Positions 13,260 through 26,460 of a DNA stretch of 64,000 bases are shown piece after piece; position 1 is the first letter of the stretch, and each line of letters opens with the position of its first letter. A program made the position numbers and the translations under genes. The stretch covers positions 119,587-183,586 of the forward strand of contig NIVC01002325.1 of NCBI GenBank assembly GCA_002269645.1. Reading direction: 5' to 3'. The notes beneath the pieces were generated by a model. It was not told where the DNA came from, made no database searches, and saw only the letters and a list, made by a program, of their open reading frames with translations. The DNA comes from Macrostomum lignano. Lineage: Eukaryota.

Positions 13260-13293
13260 CTGAACTGAACTGTTTTGACTGAACAATTTTTTT

Positions 13294-13308
13294 AAAGAAA
13301 AGGAGGAA
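13294..13308 (+). promoter_or_regulatory. Polypurine tract (AAAGAAAAGGAGGAA)
   Basis: 15 purines immediately 5' of the TG that opens the LTR. Confidence 0.85.
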
Positions 13309-13510
13309 TGATATGTATGCCTTTTAGTACGAACTATGTCTATGGGCAAGCCTGCGAGCTGAAGTTGAGCTGGATTAAAAGAGAGACAGTTCGCTAAGTT
13401 AGACGCTAACGTGCGAGAAATACACACGGCGTAAAAGCCAGAGCCTTGAGCTGACTAAACTTCTAAGTTGCTTTACTTAGTGACTACGTGATTTGTGCAA
13501 AGACGTAACA
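13309..13510 (+). repeat. 3' LTR, 202 bp, TG...CA
   Basis: Starts TGATAT after the PPT and ends GTAACA exactly where homology to the other arm resumes (13511). Confidence 0.85.
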
Positions 13511-13927
13511 CTGCCGCAATTTGACTGGGGACTATGAACTCTAAACATTGGCACCTCAAGATTAGAGCGGCGGCACTCGAACCAAAATAATGTTGAAGGA
13601 CTACAGAATACATGTATATCATAAAATAGAGAGAAGCTAGTTCATTTAGATATTTTTTTAATCTCAATCCCCAATTTTCATTTTCATTTTCATTTCTAAA
13701 TCTCAATCCCCGATTGTTAATTCCCTTATATCCCTGATTCCTAATGTTGAAATCCGAATCCAGCTTGTTGATATCCCTCAGAGGGGAATGATGAGGGATG
13801 CTTCTGAGGACCGAGTTGCTGCTTTAGCTATACATGTATACATCTAAATATGATCCTGTTAGGAGTAGAGTAGAAATATGCGAGAGCAGAGAGGAGACAG
13901 AAAATAGTAGGGGAAGTTAAGGGGATA

Positions 13928-14309
13928 CCCTAGAGGACATTCTGTTTCTCAAACTTAGCAGATCTTGTCTCTGTGCCATTCTTAGCAGATCTTCTCAATC
14001 TGCTCGGTTCTTGCAGGATCTTCTAAGATGGAGGTACATTTGCTTTGTAATTCATTTGGCTAAAGTGTTCTAGCTGAACTATATTTATTTTATGACAAAA
14101 AGGAACAATAAATTTAAGAAAATATGCGATTCGAAGCTATAAAAGGATATAAAAGCTAAGCTCTTGTACGATGTAGCAAGTCGCCCAGATCTAGGTTTAC
14201 CTAAGTATTATTATAGCGAAGATCTTGCACGTTCTTGCAAGTACTTGCGCAGCAACCCAGGAAGATAGACAAGATCTGCTAAGAATCAACAAGTCAATGT
14301 CTTCTAGGG
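13928..14309. mobile_element. 382-bp non-autonomous TIR element, CACTA/EnSpm-like (CCC...GGG termini, TA TSD)
   Basis: TA|CCCTAGAGGACATT ... AATGTCTTCTAGGG|TA; inverted subterminal CTTAGCAGATCTTG repeats. Confidence 0.75.
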
Positions 14310-14479
14310 TATAGGGCATTGGCAACTTTTACGAGAAACTTGTATAAGACTGGTCGGGTCAGGTATCATATTCTTAAGTTGAATATGACGTAAGTTAGAA
14401 CTGGGGCACCTTTTACGAAATGTTTGAAAGCTGCCATGCAGCTACATGTATACAAGATCATAGAACAGAGCGAAGCTAG

Positions 14480-16626
14480 CTCATTTAGCCCAACCTCAAG
14501 AGCCAGAATTCCGAGTGGCAGTCGAAAAATTCTGCCCAGCCACTGAGACCATCAGTTCTGCGGCGCGCCAAGGGAGCCGACAAACTGATGATCATCGCAT
14601 CCCGGCGGTAAAAATCACGTCGAAATGACGTCGAAAAGCGACGTCGAAATTTCATGTCGATTTGAACCACGATTTCGACGTCGAAATTTTCGCATCAGAT
14701 GTCGAGTATGCGACGTCGTGTTTTCCACTATTGATGGCGAAAAATCGACGTCGTTTATACTCGTCGATCACAGAAAGTAAATGGCGATTTTCGACAAATT
14801 TTCGATTTTAATATTATGGCTATTAATACTAGTACTTAATATTATTAATATGCTAGTGCAATGTTTCATACAATTAGCCATAAACTACATGTACGTAACT
14901 TACAGCTGACGGAACATAAGTTTTATAACTCATACGCTGAAATACTCTAAGCAGTAAAAGAAGTGTTAAGGCATAAAAATGCTAATTAGGGCTGACGTTT
15001 CATTTGCTATCCGCGCAAATTGCAATAATCTTGCAACCATGAAAAAAGTATAGTACCGTGTATTCAATTCCAATTCAGCAGCAATTGGAAACGATCATGG
15101 AAATCGGCATCCAGCAATTGCTAACAGAAAGCAACGATGAGAAAAAAACGATGAAAAACTGTGAGCAATGATACACGGATACACGCAATGGCAACAGAGT
15201 ATACATTTAATACAGTAGTTACACTTAATCAATGGCAACATCTAAAATAATAAATGCACCTATACTAAATCTCTAATCTCAAAATATATATACTAAAAAT
15301 GGTCTGCTCTGATATACTAAACTACATACATCTACAAACACAAACTACAACTTCTTTACTTTCTGCAATTTTGACCTTGATAAAGAACTAGCAAAAGCAT
15401 GAAATAATGGACAAAAGATGATATTGAGTCTAACTAGAACTACACTCAAAAATGTAAAATGTGAAATAAAAAATGAGAAGTAACAATAACAGCAAAGCAA
15501 ATAAAAGAGGAAAATGAACAATTATCTTTGTTGTTCCTCTTGACTGGAAAGATAATTAACAGCAATGGCAGCAAAACAAACAATAAAAAAAATTATGGCT
15601 ACTTTATTGATTCGCTTATACATAAATAAACGATTAAAACTCTAGGCAGCAATATTGTGTTAAACCAAATTATAGCTACACACAATTTATGACACACAAT
15701 CACACATTAATACAGCGACAAATATAAAAAATGCATTGAAAGGAAGAAGCTGCCATGCGTAATACAGAAGTATAAGTTAAACATTTATGTATATAAGTTA
15801 GGCATCAAAAATAATAAATCGACATCGCATGGCGATATTTTTAAAAAATGCGCGTATCTAGCGCTGAGTTAAAACAAAAAATATAACCTCTGTTGTACTG
15901 AATTTTTAGGTCAATTTTGTAAACTCGCAATCACGTTAAAGAAAACATTGTAAAATATCATAAATGATATATTTGGCAAATGAGAAGATAAAATAATTCA
16001 TATCGAAATTTCGACGTCGAATGAAGGTTCAACCGACAACTAATTCGGCGATAGTCTTTAAAAGGCGAATATCGACGTCATTTCGACGTGGTTTTTACCG
16101 CCGGGATGCTACGACAGTTTTGGCATTATTCTCATCCAACGCATTTCTGAGGGCCAAAACATCAACCAAAAGTTTTATCGGAGCTTCCCCACCCACCATC
16201 TTCGGCCTGCCTGGCGCAAAAAGCGGCCAGACCCTGGAACTTGGTCCACTCCTTCCGCACGACAATGCCAGTTCGCACACAGCCCGCATTGTGCAGGACC
16301 TACTGCGGGACTATCAGTGGGAGGTGCTGCCTCATCCTACTTACTCCCTAGACCTCAGTCCCTGCGATTTCAGCCTTTCCCAAAGCTTAAGAACCAGCTT
16401 CAAGGGTATTCAAGGGAACCAGCATCCAGGCAGCGAGATCGGCCGCATTGCAAAAGACCTGTGCGAATCTGGCGCTGCTGACAGCGTCCACAAGTTGCCT
16501 GGCTGCTGGTAGCGCATGATTCAAACCAACGGAAGTTATTTTGAAGGTTTTTGAGCTGTTCACTGTTCTGAAACTCGTTTGTTGAAAATTAATAAGTGTT
16601 TAATGAAACTTTTGAGATGACCCTCG
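14480..16626 (+). mobile_element. 5'-truncated mariner (DD34D-like) transposon split by an insertion
   Basis: PNLKSQNSEW..KLMIIA|CYDSFGII..EGQNINQKFY rejoins in frame after removing 14601..16105 and one AT. HDNA..H and YSLDLSPCDF motifs; right TIR-like AACTTTTGAGATGACCCTCG at ~16607..16626. Confidence 0.85.
14601..16105. mobile_element. 1505-bp non-autonomous TIR element, CACTA/EnSpm-like, AT TSD
   Basis: 34-bp TIRs (CCCGGCGGTAAAAATCACGTCGAAATGACGTCGA, 1 mismatch), AT duplicated at 14599-14600 and 16106-16107, subterminal CGACGTCG repeats. Confidence 0.85.
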
Positions 16627-17330
16627 GTATAGATGGAAGAATATATTTAATGCCTCAAGCCTGCTATATGTACACTGTACATTCAGAAGTTACGTGCTCT
16701 TTTAGCATGGTATTAGATACTGTACATGTAACATTGATACATTGAGTGTAAGATGCGTTACATGTACGTATCTATATATACAGCATGTATTCTGTAGTCC
16801 TTCAACATTATTTTGGTTCGAGTGCCGCCGCTCTAATCTTGAGGTGCCAATGTTTAGAGTTCATAGTCCCCAGTCAAATTGCGGCAGTCACTTGTCGAAG
16901 GCCCCAAGGCCAAGACCCTAGGCCCTAAATACCATGCAGGATGTTGGGGACTGAGAGTCCCCTCTCGCGACATTAAATAATTAGTAAATGATCGGAGGCT
17001 GAGCCTTACGGGCATGAATTCAAGGTAGTAGAGCACCGGCCGGGTCACACACACGTAGCCTAGTAACATTTAAACCGTCACCAATTCGCCACTCAAATAC
17101 ATGTAGTACACTGTAATAAATGAGCCGTACCTTTTTGTAATCCAGTTTGCCAAAACAATATGCATACGTACATGTAGAACCAACTTCGGGCACTTCAGGC
17201 ACTGCGAGTTCACTCGATTCAGTTGAAGGGTAGGCAGAGGCAGAGAGCCAGCATTCTGCCTTAAACTGACTGACTGAATTCATTCTCATAGCATCGCTCT
17301 ATGCAAATAAGCCTGTCAGCTGTTATCAAA

Positions 17331-18082
17331 CCAACAGCTCCGCTGCTTTCCGCCGCTCCCCCAACAGCTCCGCTGCTTTCCGCCGCTCCCCCCAACAGCT
17401 CCGCTGCTTTCCGCCGCTCCCCAACAGCTCCGCTGCTTTCCGCCGCTCCCCAACAGCTCCGCTGCTTTCCGCCACTTCCACCAATAGCTCCGCTTCTTTC
17501 CGCCGCTCCCCCCCAACAGCTCCGCTGCTTTCCGCCGCTCCCCAACAGCTCCGCTGCTTTCCGCCGCTCCCCCCCCCAACAGCTCCGCTGCTTTCCGCCG
17601 CTCCCCCAACAGCTCCGCTGCTTTCCGCCGCTCCCCAACAGCTCCGCTGCTTTCCGCCACTTCCACCAATAGCTCCGCTTCTTTCCACCGCTCCCCCCCC
17701 CAACAGCTCCGCTGCTTTCCGCCGCTCCCCCAACAGCTCCGCTGCTTTCCGCCGCTCCCCAACAGCTCCGCTGCTTTCCGCCGCTCCCCCCAACAGCTCC
17801 GCTGCTTTCCGCCGCTCCCCCAACAGCTCCGCTGCTTTCCGCCGCTCCCCAACAGCTCCGCTGCTTTCCGCCACTTCCACCAATAGCTCCGCTTCTTTCC
17901 GCCGCTCCCCCAACAGCTCCGCTGCTTTCCGCCGCTCCCCCCAACAGCTCCGCTGCTTTCCGCCGCTCCCCCAACAGCTCCGCTGCTTTCCGCCGCTCCC
18001 CCCAACAGCTCCGCTGCTTTCCGCCGCTCCCCCAACAGCTCCGCTGCTTTCCGCCGCTCCCCCCAACAGCTCCGCTGCTTTC
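17331..18082. repeat. Mirror of the G-run VNTR, shorter allele
   Basis: Direct reading. Confidence 0.97.
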
Positions 18083-18672
18083 GGCGGCTCCCCCCGCATG
18101 CCTCCATGCCTCCAGATCTAGATTCCTTGGTTCTATCCGTGATCCAAAGATCCAACTATACAATATCTCTATCAATCAAACACTAAGTTTGCTGCTCAAT
18201 CTGCTTTCCATATACCTTGCTTGAGGAGCATATGGATCAGTGAAGTCTAGCCAGTGTCGTTTAGATCGTCAAAAGCAATACTGCATGGCATTACAATGTA
18301 TTTCAAGCGATTCAAACGGCTATTACGCTAGTAGCATTCAACAAGATTGGTTTTGGCGCCACGCAATGTAAAATTTTTGGTACAATGTTACGTCAGTAGA
18401 TAGGAAGTACTATAATAATTGTAATGCAGAACAGCGGCAGTAGCTAAATAATGACACCCGAACTTAAATTTTGCGATAATATTACATGCAATAAATAGCA
18501 TTGACATCGGAAGGCAATAAGTAAAACAGTAATAAGTATAAGCTATTGAATCGCGAGTACGCGATATGCACCATCACAGTTCGCAGCTAGGCAAATTTTT
18601 TGAAGAGAAAATAACAACAAGGCACACCCAGTATTGTTGAGTTAAAAGTAACAGTTCACAATGGGAGGCAAT

Positions 18673-19562
18673 GTCAGATCAGTTCTCTCAGTGCGAGCTC
18701 TCTAAAGGCGGCAACAGCGTGCGCCTGGCCAATCACCCCAGCGCCATCCAACAGGCAATCCGCGACGCGACTCGCCCGGCCGTAGCCCCGGCGCCAGGGG
18801 CCCTGCATCGTGAGCAGCAGGACGTCTTGCACTGGTTGAGAACAGTAGGCCTCCGCGTGGATGGTGTGGCCCGCCAGCTGATGTCTTCGCCTGCGGAGGG
18901 TCTCGCTAGGTGATCGCAGCAGTCTGGCAGCGCGGCGTTCTGCAGGACGACTCGGATGGAGCGGAAGGCCGCCCAGGCCAGGCCCCTGCGTCGCGCCAAG
19001 TCCTCCTGGACACTGGGCACAAGATCGCCGGGGTACGTGAAGCACGCGCAGCGAGGTAGAGCTGCTGCATGACCGTCGGGTGTCCCAGCAGGTGATTTTG
19101 ATAGGCAGCTCCGCAGGTACAGTCATCACCTCCGTCTTCTCGATGTTCACCGCTAGCCCGACCGATGCCGCAGCTGCCACCAACCAGGCTGTCTAGCATG
19201 CGCTGAGCTCCCTCAGCCCCAGAGAGCGGGCAGCGCCAGGTCGTCGGCGTAACCCATGAGTGACAGCCGCTTCTCCGATTGGCGGCTGCTTGTTTGCCGG
19301 CACAGTAGGAAGCTGTCCTCATCTGTTGGCAGGGCCCTACGTAGCACCTTGGCAGGGCCCTACGTAGCACCCCATCGAGCACCAACACGAAACGGTTGGA
19401 CGCAAGCGTGTCGCCTTGCAGCATCCCTGAGGTCGTTTTGAACAGGTCGGATAGTCCGTCAGGTGTCACCACGGCGGCCAGGGTCTCCTAGAAGAGAGTT
19501 ATGGTTGCTGCGACCAGTCGCTCCGGCACGTGGTATGACCTCAAGACCGGTGCGAGGACATT
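18673..19562 (-). mobile_element. Mirror copy of the RTE-like RT fragment
   Basis: Reverse complement of 7121..8010 with a small indel near the YADD region. Confidence 0.9.
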
Positions 19563-19649
19563 CTGAAGAGAGAAAAGAGAAATATTATTTTTCACTTCTG
19601 AAAAGGATAATTAAATTTTATTAGCAGAGCTACGAGAAAGGGTGAGGCT

Positions 19650-21340
19650 GAATAGGAAAATAGGGTGGGGCTAGAAGGCGAAGAGGGTGAGGCTGGAGGG
19701 GAGAAGAGGGTGGAAGCTGGAGGGGAGGGTGGGGCTAGAAGGTAGGAGGGTGGGGCTGGAGGGAAGGGGGTGGGTCTGGAGGGGAGGAGGGTGAGGCTGG
19801 AGGGAAGAAGAGGTTGGAAGCTGGAAGGGAGGGCAGGGCTAGAGGGTAGGAGGGTGGGGCTAGAGGGTAGGAGGGTGGGGCTGGAGGGTAGGAGGGTAAG
19901 GCTGGAGGGGAGAAGAGGGTGGAAGCTGGAAGGGAGGGCAGGGCTAGAGGGTAGGAGGGTGGGGCTGGAGGGAAGGGGTGGGGCTGGAGGGGAGAAGAGG
20001 GTGAGGCTGGAGGGGAGAAGAGGTTGGAAACTGGAGGGGAGGGTGGGGCTAGAAAGGAGAAGAGGTTGGAAACTGGAGGGGAGGGTGGGGCTAGAGGGTA
20101 GGAGGGTTGGGCTAGAGGGAGAAGAGGGTGGAAGCTGGAGGGGAGTGTTGGGGCTAGAGGAAAGGGGTGGGGCTGGAGGGAAGGAGAGGGGCTAGAGGGT
20201 AGGAGGGTGGGGCTGGAGGGAAGGAGGGTGGGGCTAGAGGGTAGGAGGGTGGGGCTGGAGGGAAGGAGGGTGGGGCTAGAGGGTAGGAGGGTGGGGCTGG
20301 AGGGAAGGAGGGTGGGGCTGGAGGGGAGAAGAGGGTGGAAGCTGGAGGGAGGGTGGGGCTAGAGGGTAGGAGGGTGGGGCTGGAGGGGAGAAGAGGGTGA
20401 GGCTGGAGGGGAGAAGAGGTTGGAAACTGGAGGGGAGGGTGGGGCTGGAGGGTAGGAGGGTGGGGCTGGAGGGAGAAGAGGGTGGAAGCTGGAGGGGAGG
20501 GTGGGGCTAGAAAGGAGAAGAGGTTGGAAACTGGAGGGGAGGGCAGGGCTAGAGGGTAGGAGGGTGGGGCTGGAGGGAAGGGGTGGGGTGGGGCTACAGA
20601 AGAGGGTGGGGCTGGAGGGAAAGAGGGTGGGGCTAGAGAGTAGGAGGGTGGGGCTGGAGGGAAGGAGGGTGGGGCTAGAGGGTAGGAGGGTGGGGCTAGA
20701 GGGTAGGAGGGTTGGGCTAGAGGGAGAAGAGGGTGGAAGCTGGAGGGGAGGGTTGGGGCTAGAGGAAAGGGGTGGGGCTGGAGGGAAGGAGAGGGGCTAG
20801 AGGGTAGGAGGGTGGGGCTGGAGGGAAGGAGGGTGGGGCTAGAGGGTAGGAGGGTGGGGCTGGAGGGAAGGAGGGTGGGGCTAGAGGGTAGGAGGGTGGG
20901 GCTGGAGGGAAGGAGGGTGGGGCTAGAGAGGAGGGTGGGGCTGGAGGGAAGGAGGGTGGGGCTAGAGGGTAGGAGGGTTGGCTAGAGGGGAGAAGAGGGT
21001 GGAAGCTGGAGGGAGGGTTGGGGCTAGAGGAAAGGGGTGGGGCTGGAGGGAAGGGGAGGGGCTGGAGGGAAGAGATAGGGCTGGAGGGAATGGGTGGGGC
21101 TGGAAGGAAGGGGTGGGGCTGGAGAGAAGGGATGGGTCTAGAGGAGAGAAAAGGGTGGAAGCTGGAAGGGAGGGCGGGGCTAGAGGGAAGGAGGGTGGGG
21201 CTGGAGGGAAGGATAGTGGGACTAGAGGCTAGGAAGGTGGGGCTAGAGGGTAGGAGTAAGAGGGTGAGATTATGAAAAAAGGGTAAGAATTTAATGGGAA
21301 AACATTGTGGGACTGGGGAGGAGGGTAATACTGAAGGGAA
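19650..21340. repeat. Purine-rich minisatellite (mirror of 5340..7030)
   Basis: Direct reading. Confidence 0.95.
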
Positions 21341-22551
21341 AAGAAGGTGAGGCTTTAGAGAAGAGAATATGGGCTAGAAAGAAAAAGGTAAGGCCTAGCA
21401 TTAGAGGGGAAGAAAAGGTCACAACTAGAGGGATATCATGACTTTATATAGTGGCAATGAATAGTTATTACTTAGTCTATAGTTGATTAGACTATGGCTA
21501 ATTATTTCAAAAAGATTTTTATTTTATTTTTAGGCATGCTTTATCTTATATAGTTATATTCCTACTTTTGATTTCCATAAAACAATATTATTAAAACATT
21601 TTAATATAATACATTATAAACATAGGCTAGGCTTAGGTCTTATAAAAAGATAGGCCTAAGCTACTTAAATTAAAGAAGGACCAAATGAATTTTAGATCCA
21701 AAGAAAAAAAAGATTCTTAATCTTATTATCATTAAAAAAACATATTCTAACATAGCATAAAGGCTTTATAACACAAAAGAAGGCTTGGCTTTGTATTACT
21801 ATTAGGTAAAAAATTACTAGGTAGGTAGTTTTTATCTATTGCTATTAGATTTTAGAAGCCTAGAAAGCTTATTAAATATGCATTTTGCCTAGGCTAAACA
21901 AAAAATAGGATATAGTTATGTAAATTTTAAATGATTCCAAAGTCTAAAGAGCAATAAATAAATCTAAGCCTAACTAATTGGCAAGTGGTAAAATTTTATG
22001 TATAGGCAGGCTTATTTTAATAGCTAGCTAAAATGCAATTTGAATTGTACACTTGTTTACCAATATCACCCACGGTGGCTTATAGAACCGGCTGGTGCAT
22101 ACGTGCGCAAATGTATTAAATACAACGTAAAATAAAGCCAGAAATACATGCAGCGCTACACCGCTGCATTCATTACTGGGCTGCAAGGCCGTGTTTTCCG
22201 AGGATAGAATGGCCTCACGAGTGGGACACGGCTGGACCTTAAAGCAAAACGATTCTTCTAGAATGCGATTCAGGAAAGGTAGTTAGATCTTAACAAATAT
22301 AACAAATAATCAGTATAATTAAGGATTGCTCTCAATACTATGCGATTTTTGTAAAAGGACATGTAGTATTTTTGAAAGCGCGTAATATATCAAAGCGTGA
22401 AAAACGAACATAAACATACTTCGAACGAACTTAACGTCTAACGATTAACGACGATTTAAATAGGAAATTAAAAAAGACAGTAAATGAATAAATGACTGAA
22501 AAGCGGGTTTGTTACACTGCTGATGTATCTGAGTCAGTTTGTTTAACTGTT

Positions 22552-23244
22552 TTAGCTATTCATGACTTCAAATATTTTAGCTACACCAGTTAGTTCTTTT
22601 CTGACTCTTTTTTCATTTGTAGCATATCCTATCTTGTGTATTTGATTGCCATTTAAGAGGTATTGGCAGAAGTATTTTTTCCTGATCTCTTCAGTTTGTG
22701 GACATTCGGTCAAGTAGTGCAGGATGTCAGAACCATTTTGCGCTCCACACATTTTACATGGTTCTTGAGAAAAAAAGTTGGGTGTAATCTCGCATTTCAG
22801 TTTTAGGAGGGTTGTTAAGAATTTTTTGTTTCTAAATGTGCATGGAAAGTAATCTGAAAGGTCGGGCCTGCAGATTTTTTTGTAGAGATAGGCGTTTTTG
22901 TAGAGTTTAATATGTTGCTGATTCTCTAGCTTTTGGCTAAGTTCTCTTTCTCTGTGTATCTTGAGGTGCTTTTTCACTAGGTATTTCTCGTTACTAAAGC
23001 TTTGGGAAAGTTTATCTTCAGTTAGTGCTTTTAGGTCTATACTTTCCAGTTTCTTTAGTACATTCATTTTCCATGGATTTTTCTGGCCGGTGTTTGAGTA
23101 GAAAATTTCTAGAGTCGTTTGGCAGAGTTTTTTGTGTCTAATCTTCAGCCAATAGATGAGGTAGGTTTTAGCGATTCGTTGAGAGATTGGAGTAAGCTCA
23201 AGTTCTGATGATATCACACTGTTGCTAGCAAATTTTGCTAGCAA
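22552..23244 (-). mobile_element. Mirror copy of the LINE ORF2 C-terminal fragment
   Basis: Identical 230-aa ORF. Confidence 0.7.
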
Positions 23245-25023
23245 ATTTTTTCAGCGAATTTAACAACCTTTTTGAAAAAAAGAAACTGCGACTTTTATTT
23301 TCGACAAAATCTATTAGAAAGATTTGCGTCAATTATAATAACAGTTAAAGCTGTCCGAGATCGCCCTGTAAAAGAAACCGAGGAAATTAAAAGTAATCAA
23401 TTGTTTTTTGTTTTGTTTATTTTTTACCAAGTGCAAAAATCAAAAGTGTGCCGGGTTGAAGCTACATGCATGTGTCATCGACTTAAATAGGACGACTTAA
23501 GGACCTCGACAAGTATATGTGTCAAAGACAGTTTTAAATTGGCCACCAAAGTTGAAAATAAATTTTACTTGTCACCTAAATCGATTTTTGTCAGTCCGTT
23601 GTAAATGACGTAAATGACCGTTTGAAGGATCTAATAAAATTGATATTGTCGCGGTCATTGCAGGGGTGTGCGAGCCTGGTCGAGGCGTCCAATTCCTTCC
23701 CTCAGCTTGCTGGCTGGGTGTGGGCGCTATCTGTCTGGGTTGACAGTGACTCAAGCCACTGTTACTCACCCCCAATGATCCCTTTCTTATATGTCACTCA
23801 TTTTTTATTGCAAATAAACTAAAATACCGCACTTAACCGCGATACCGTTCGCTTGAGCTACCACTATAAAATGTATAAATCAGTCTTAATAATTTGGGTA
23901 CGAACGTAGATACATGTATAGGAGGTACAAAATTTCTTAGCCTACTTTGTCCGCATGTTATAGGCAAATCTGCAGTCTCCAATCCATCATGATCTGTTGA
24001 GCTGCAGCTAACATGTACTACAGCAACATGCATCTGAAGTTACGCTGTTTCTTCTATGTATTTAAACACAGGAAATTTGCAACAATTTTCAGTACTAAAG
24101 CCCTGCAGCATTCGGCACTTGAACCACAGGATGCCGTTTAGATATTTTCTGCTCATACTGTACTTCTGCATGCGTAATACTTAATCTTTCCCTGCAACTG
24201 TGCAAGATCGCCGGTGCTTACAGACTACGTCTTAGAAAAACTTTTTTGCTTCCATCTGGTCATAATCTAAGTAATCAAATATTGCTGACAAATTTGCTTT
24301 AATTTGATCAGAAAGCAGACGATGAGAATAAAACTGATGCATGTCTTTAGTCCAAAAAATTCGCTAGCCGAGTGGCAGCTAGCTGTCAGGTGCATAAAAT
24401 CTCCGAGAGGAGACAAAACGAAAATTTTTGTGCTATTTTTCACCCAAAGTACAACTTTATAAAATACCAAATGAGTGTTTTAGTTGTCCCTGTTTTTCAC
24501 CAAAATGTCAGCTAATAACAGGATGGTGCTGCCCACTCTCGATTCCGCTTGTCACGTAATTACTGATCTAGGCTATTTATAGTAACACCAAGGACCTCTG
24601 TAGCTGCCTGAGCTGGAAGCGGAACGGAAAACGTCGATCTTTTTCAGGATGATTTTCAATACACTCAAAAAGGCTGATAAGCTGAACTCAAATTATTTTG
24701 AAATTATTGACAAATTTGTTCGGCCTTTGATTTACAGCTGCGATACCAAAGAAGTTCTTTGTCATGCAGGCAAGTCTCACTCGCAAAGTTCATGAAATGA
24801 TAAGTTTCTGCAGTCTTTTGACGGTTACATTCGAACAAAGCCGAACTTTTGCTGCTTGTGTCAGCTAGCTGTCATAATCCAAAGCAAACTCGGCCCCACG
24901 CAGCTCGAGTTTAGTGCAGGCGGATGACTCAACTTTTCAGTCCTGCATTCACCTGTGTGCAACAGCGGCTGCCAAAATGCCATGACTGGGCCAGCTACAT
25001 TGTGCTGAGCGCGAACAAAGCAG

Positions 25024-25109
<86 letters not shown>

Positions 25110-25312
25110 AATAGACTTGACATCAGCATAGTGCCGTCTGTTAGGCAAGTTCCCTATTTGTGCGCTTGCGCACAGCTAAGCGATAAAAACAAGAAAATGA
25201 ATGCCGGCTGCAGGCAGACAGCAGACAGCCAACCGCAGGCAGACAGCAGACACCCAACCGCAGGCAGACAGCAGACACCCAACCGCAGGCAGCAGAGCAC
25301 AGGCAATCCGGA

Positions 25313-25975
25313 ATGTCCAGCCATGAGAAGCAAGGTCAGGAGAACGGCAGGCGGAGCTCTCGGCTGAGGCGGCTGTCGGACTCAACCGCCAGGATGCTGC
25401 GGCAGCTCCGGCTGGTTCGCAGCGACTCCGGCTACAGCAGCGACGATCAGCGACGCGACAGCTTGGACGGAACCGCCGGCAGTGACGAGGCGTCGCAGCA
25501 AAGCCTGCCGAGGCTGCCCAGCCACGACGAGCTGGAGGAGTTCGGCGCCGACAACGCGGAGGAGGAAGCGGTGGAAGAGGAGGCAGCCGCAGCGGAGAGG
25601 CGGGAAGCCCAGCAGCTGAGCAACAGCGAGCGGCACCTCATCGGCATCAAATTCGCTCTGCTGCGGGAGCAGAGCCGCACCTACCAAGCTCTGTGGGTGG
25701 CGGACTGTCTGGAAGCTGAGGAGCTGCAGGAGAAGCAGAGAGAGGAGGAGCTCAGCCTGCGCCAGAAGGACGTGGACTTGTTCGAGGTTGGCAGGCGCAG
25801 GAGGACCTCCAGCTCGTCTGTTTACGAAGACAGCGAGTACAGCTACTTCGACAGCGGGTTGGAGCGGAGGCTGGGCAAGCGGCGAGAATACGAATGGCGA
25901 AAGCACTGGCTGCAGCGAACGTCCAACTGGATGTACGGCGACGGCTACCGCAACCCGCTGGACTATCACTACTGA
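25313..25975 (+). CDS. Hypothetical 220-aa protein (right-arm copy)
   Basis: Same protein sequence as 699..1361. Confidence 0.5.
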   Translation: MSSHEKQGQENGRRSSRLRRLSDSTARMLRQLRLVRSDSGYSSDDQRRDSLDGTAGSDEASQQSLPRLPSHDELEEFGADNAEEEAVEEEAAAAERREAQQLSNSERHLIGIKFALLREQSRTYQALWVADCLEAEELQEKQREEELSLRQKDVDLFEVGRRRRTSSSSVYEDSEYSYFDSGLERRLGKRREYEWRKHWLQRTSNWMYGDGYRNPLDYHY

Positions 25976-26460
25976 GCCGCGCTGCCTGCCGCTTTCAAGG
26001 GATTTCCCGTTTATCTTGTCACTTTTAACTCAATGTAAAGCGCCATGCTCATGTTTTAGTGAATTTTTAATTTCATAGTTTTGTACATTCTTCTAAATCA
26101 ACCAATTCCATCCGCATTAAGCTTCATTTTATAAGTCGCTCTAACACAGAATACAGACTTACCCATTATACAGAATTATCAATGAGACATTCTAACGAGT
26201 CTCACCCACAAGCAAGTTTCTCTGACTCATTCTCGAGCTGCCTTTGCAACTCTGCCCCAAAAAAGACCGGCTGCGGGTCTCTCGTACACAAAAAGGGTAT
26301 TTGAGTTAGAAAAGAGAAGTTCGCCCGCACCCGCAGCTAAATTTATTTTCGAACTTCTGCTCGCTTGCTCTCGTTGAAGATAACCGAGCGCCAGTGAAGC
26401 CAGGGGTCAGGGGGGTGTGCCAACCCCCCCCCCACCCCGAGCCTGGTGATGATTCCCCTG

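Larger units (their letters stand above)
10231..13510 (+). mobile_element. 5'-deleted Ty3/Gypsy LTR retrotransposon (protease C-term, RT, RNase H, integrase, PPT, 3' LTR)
   Basis: LLGRDWL protease end; RT with CADFK, YPLPR and YIDD (10985..10996); RNase H 'HTDASKYGLG'; integrase H-H-C-C, D and D motifs. Domain order PR-RT-RH-IN is Gypsy type. Confidence 0.96.
1..13614. repeat. Left arm of giant inverted duplication (extends beyond window start; includes a Gypsy insertion at 10231..13510 that is absent from the right arm)
   Basis: 1..10230 is the reverse complement of 16936..~26651. 13511..13614 is the reverse complement of 16784..16887 (104 bp). Mirrored identical ORFs, e.g. 699..1361/25313..25975 and 3434..4126/22552..23244. 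Confidence 0.97.

Noticed and set aside
13615-16783. Single-read fold-back chimera
   Set aside because: The arms differ by SNPs, VNTR length and a 3.3-kb insertion, and there is a unique 3.2-kb spacer.
16921-16934. TGGTATTTAGGG (minus strand) as an LTR primer-binding site
   Set aside because: No LTR is adjacent, and it does not match a tRNA 3' end that I recognise.
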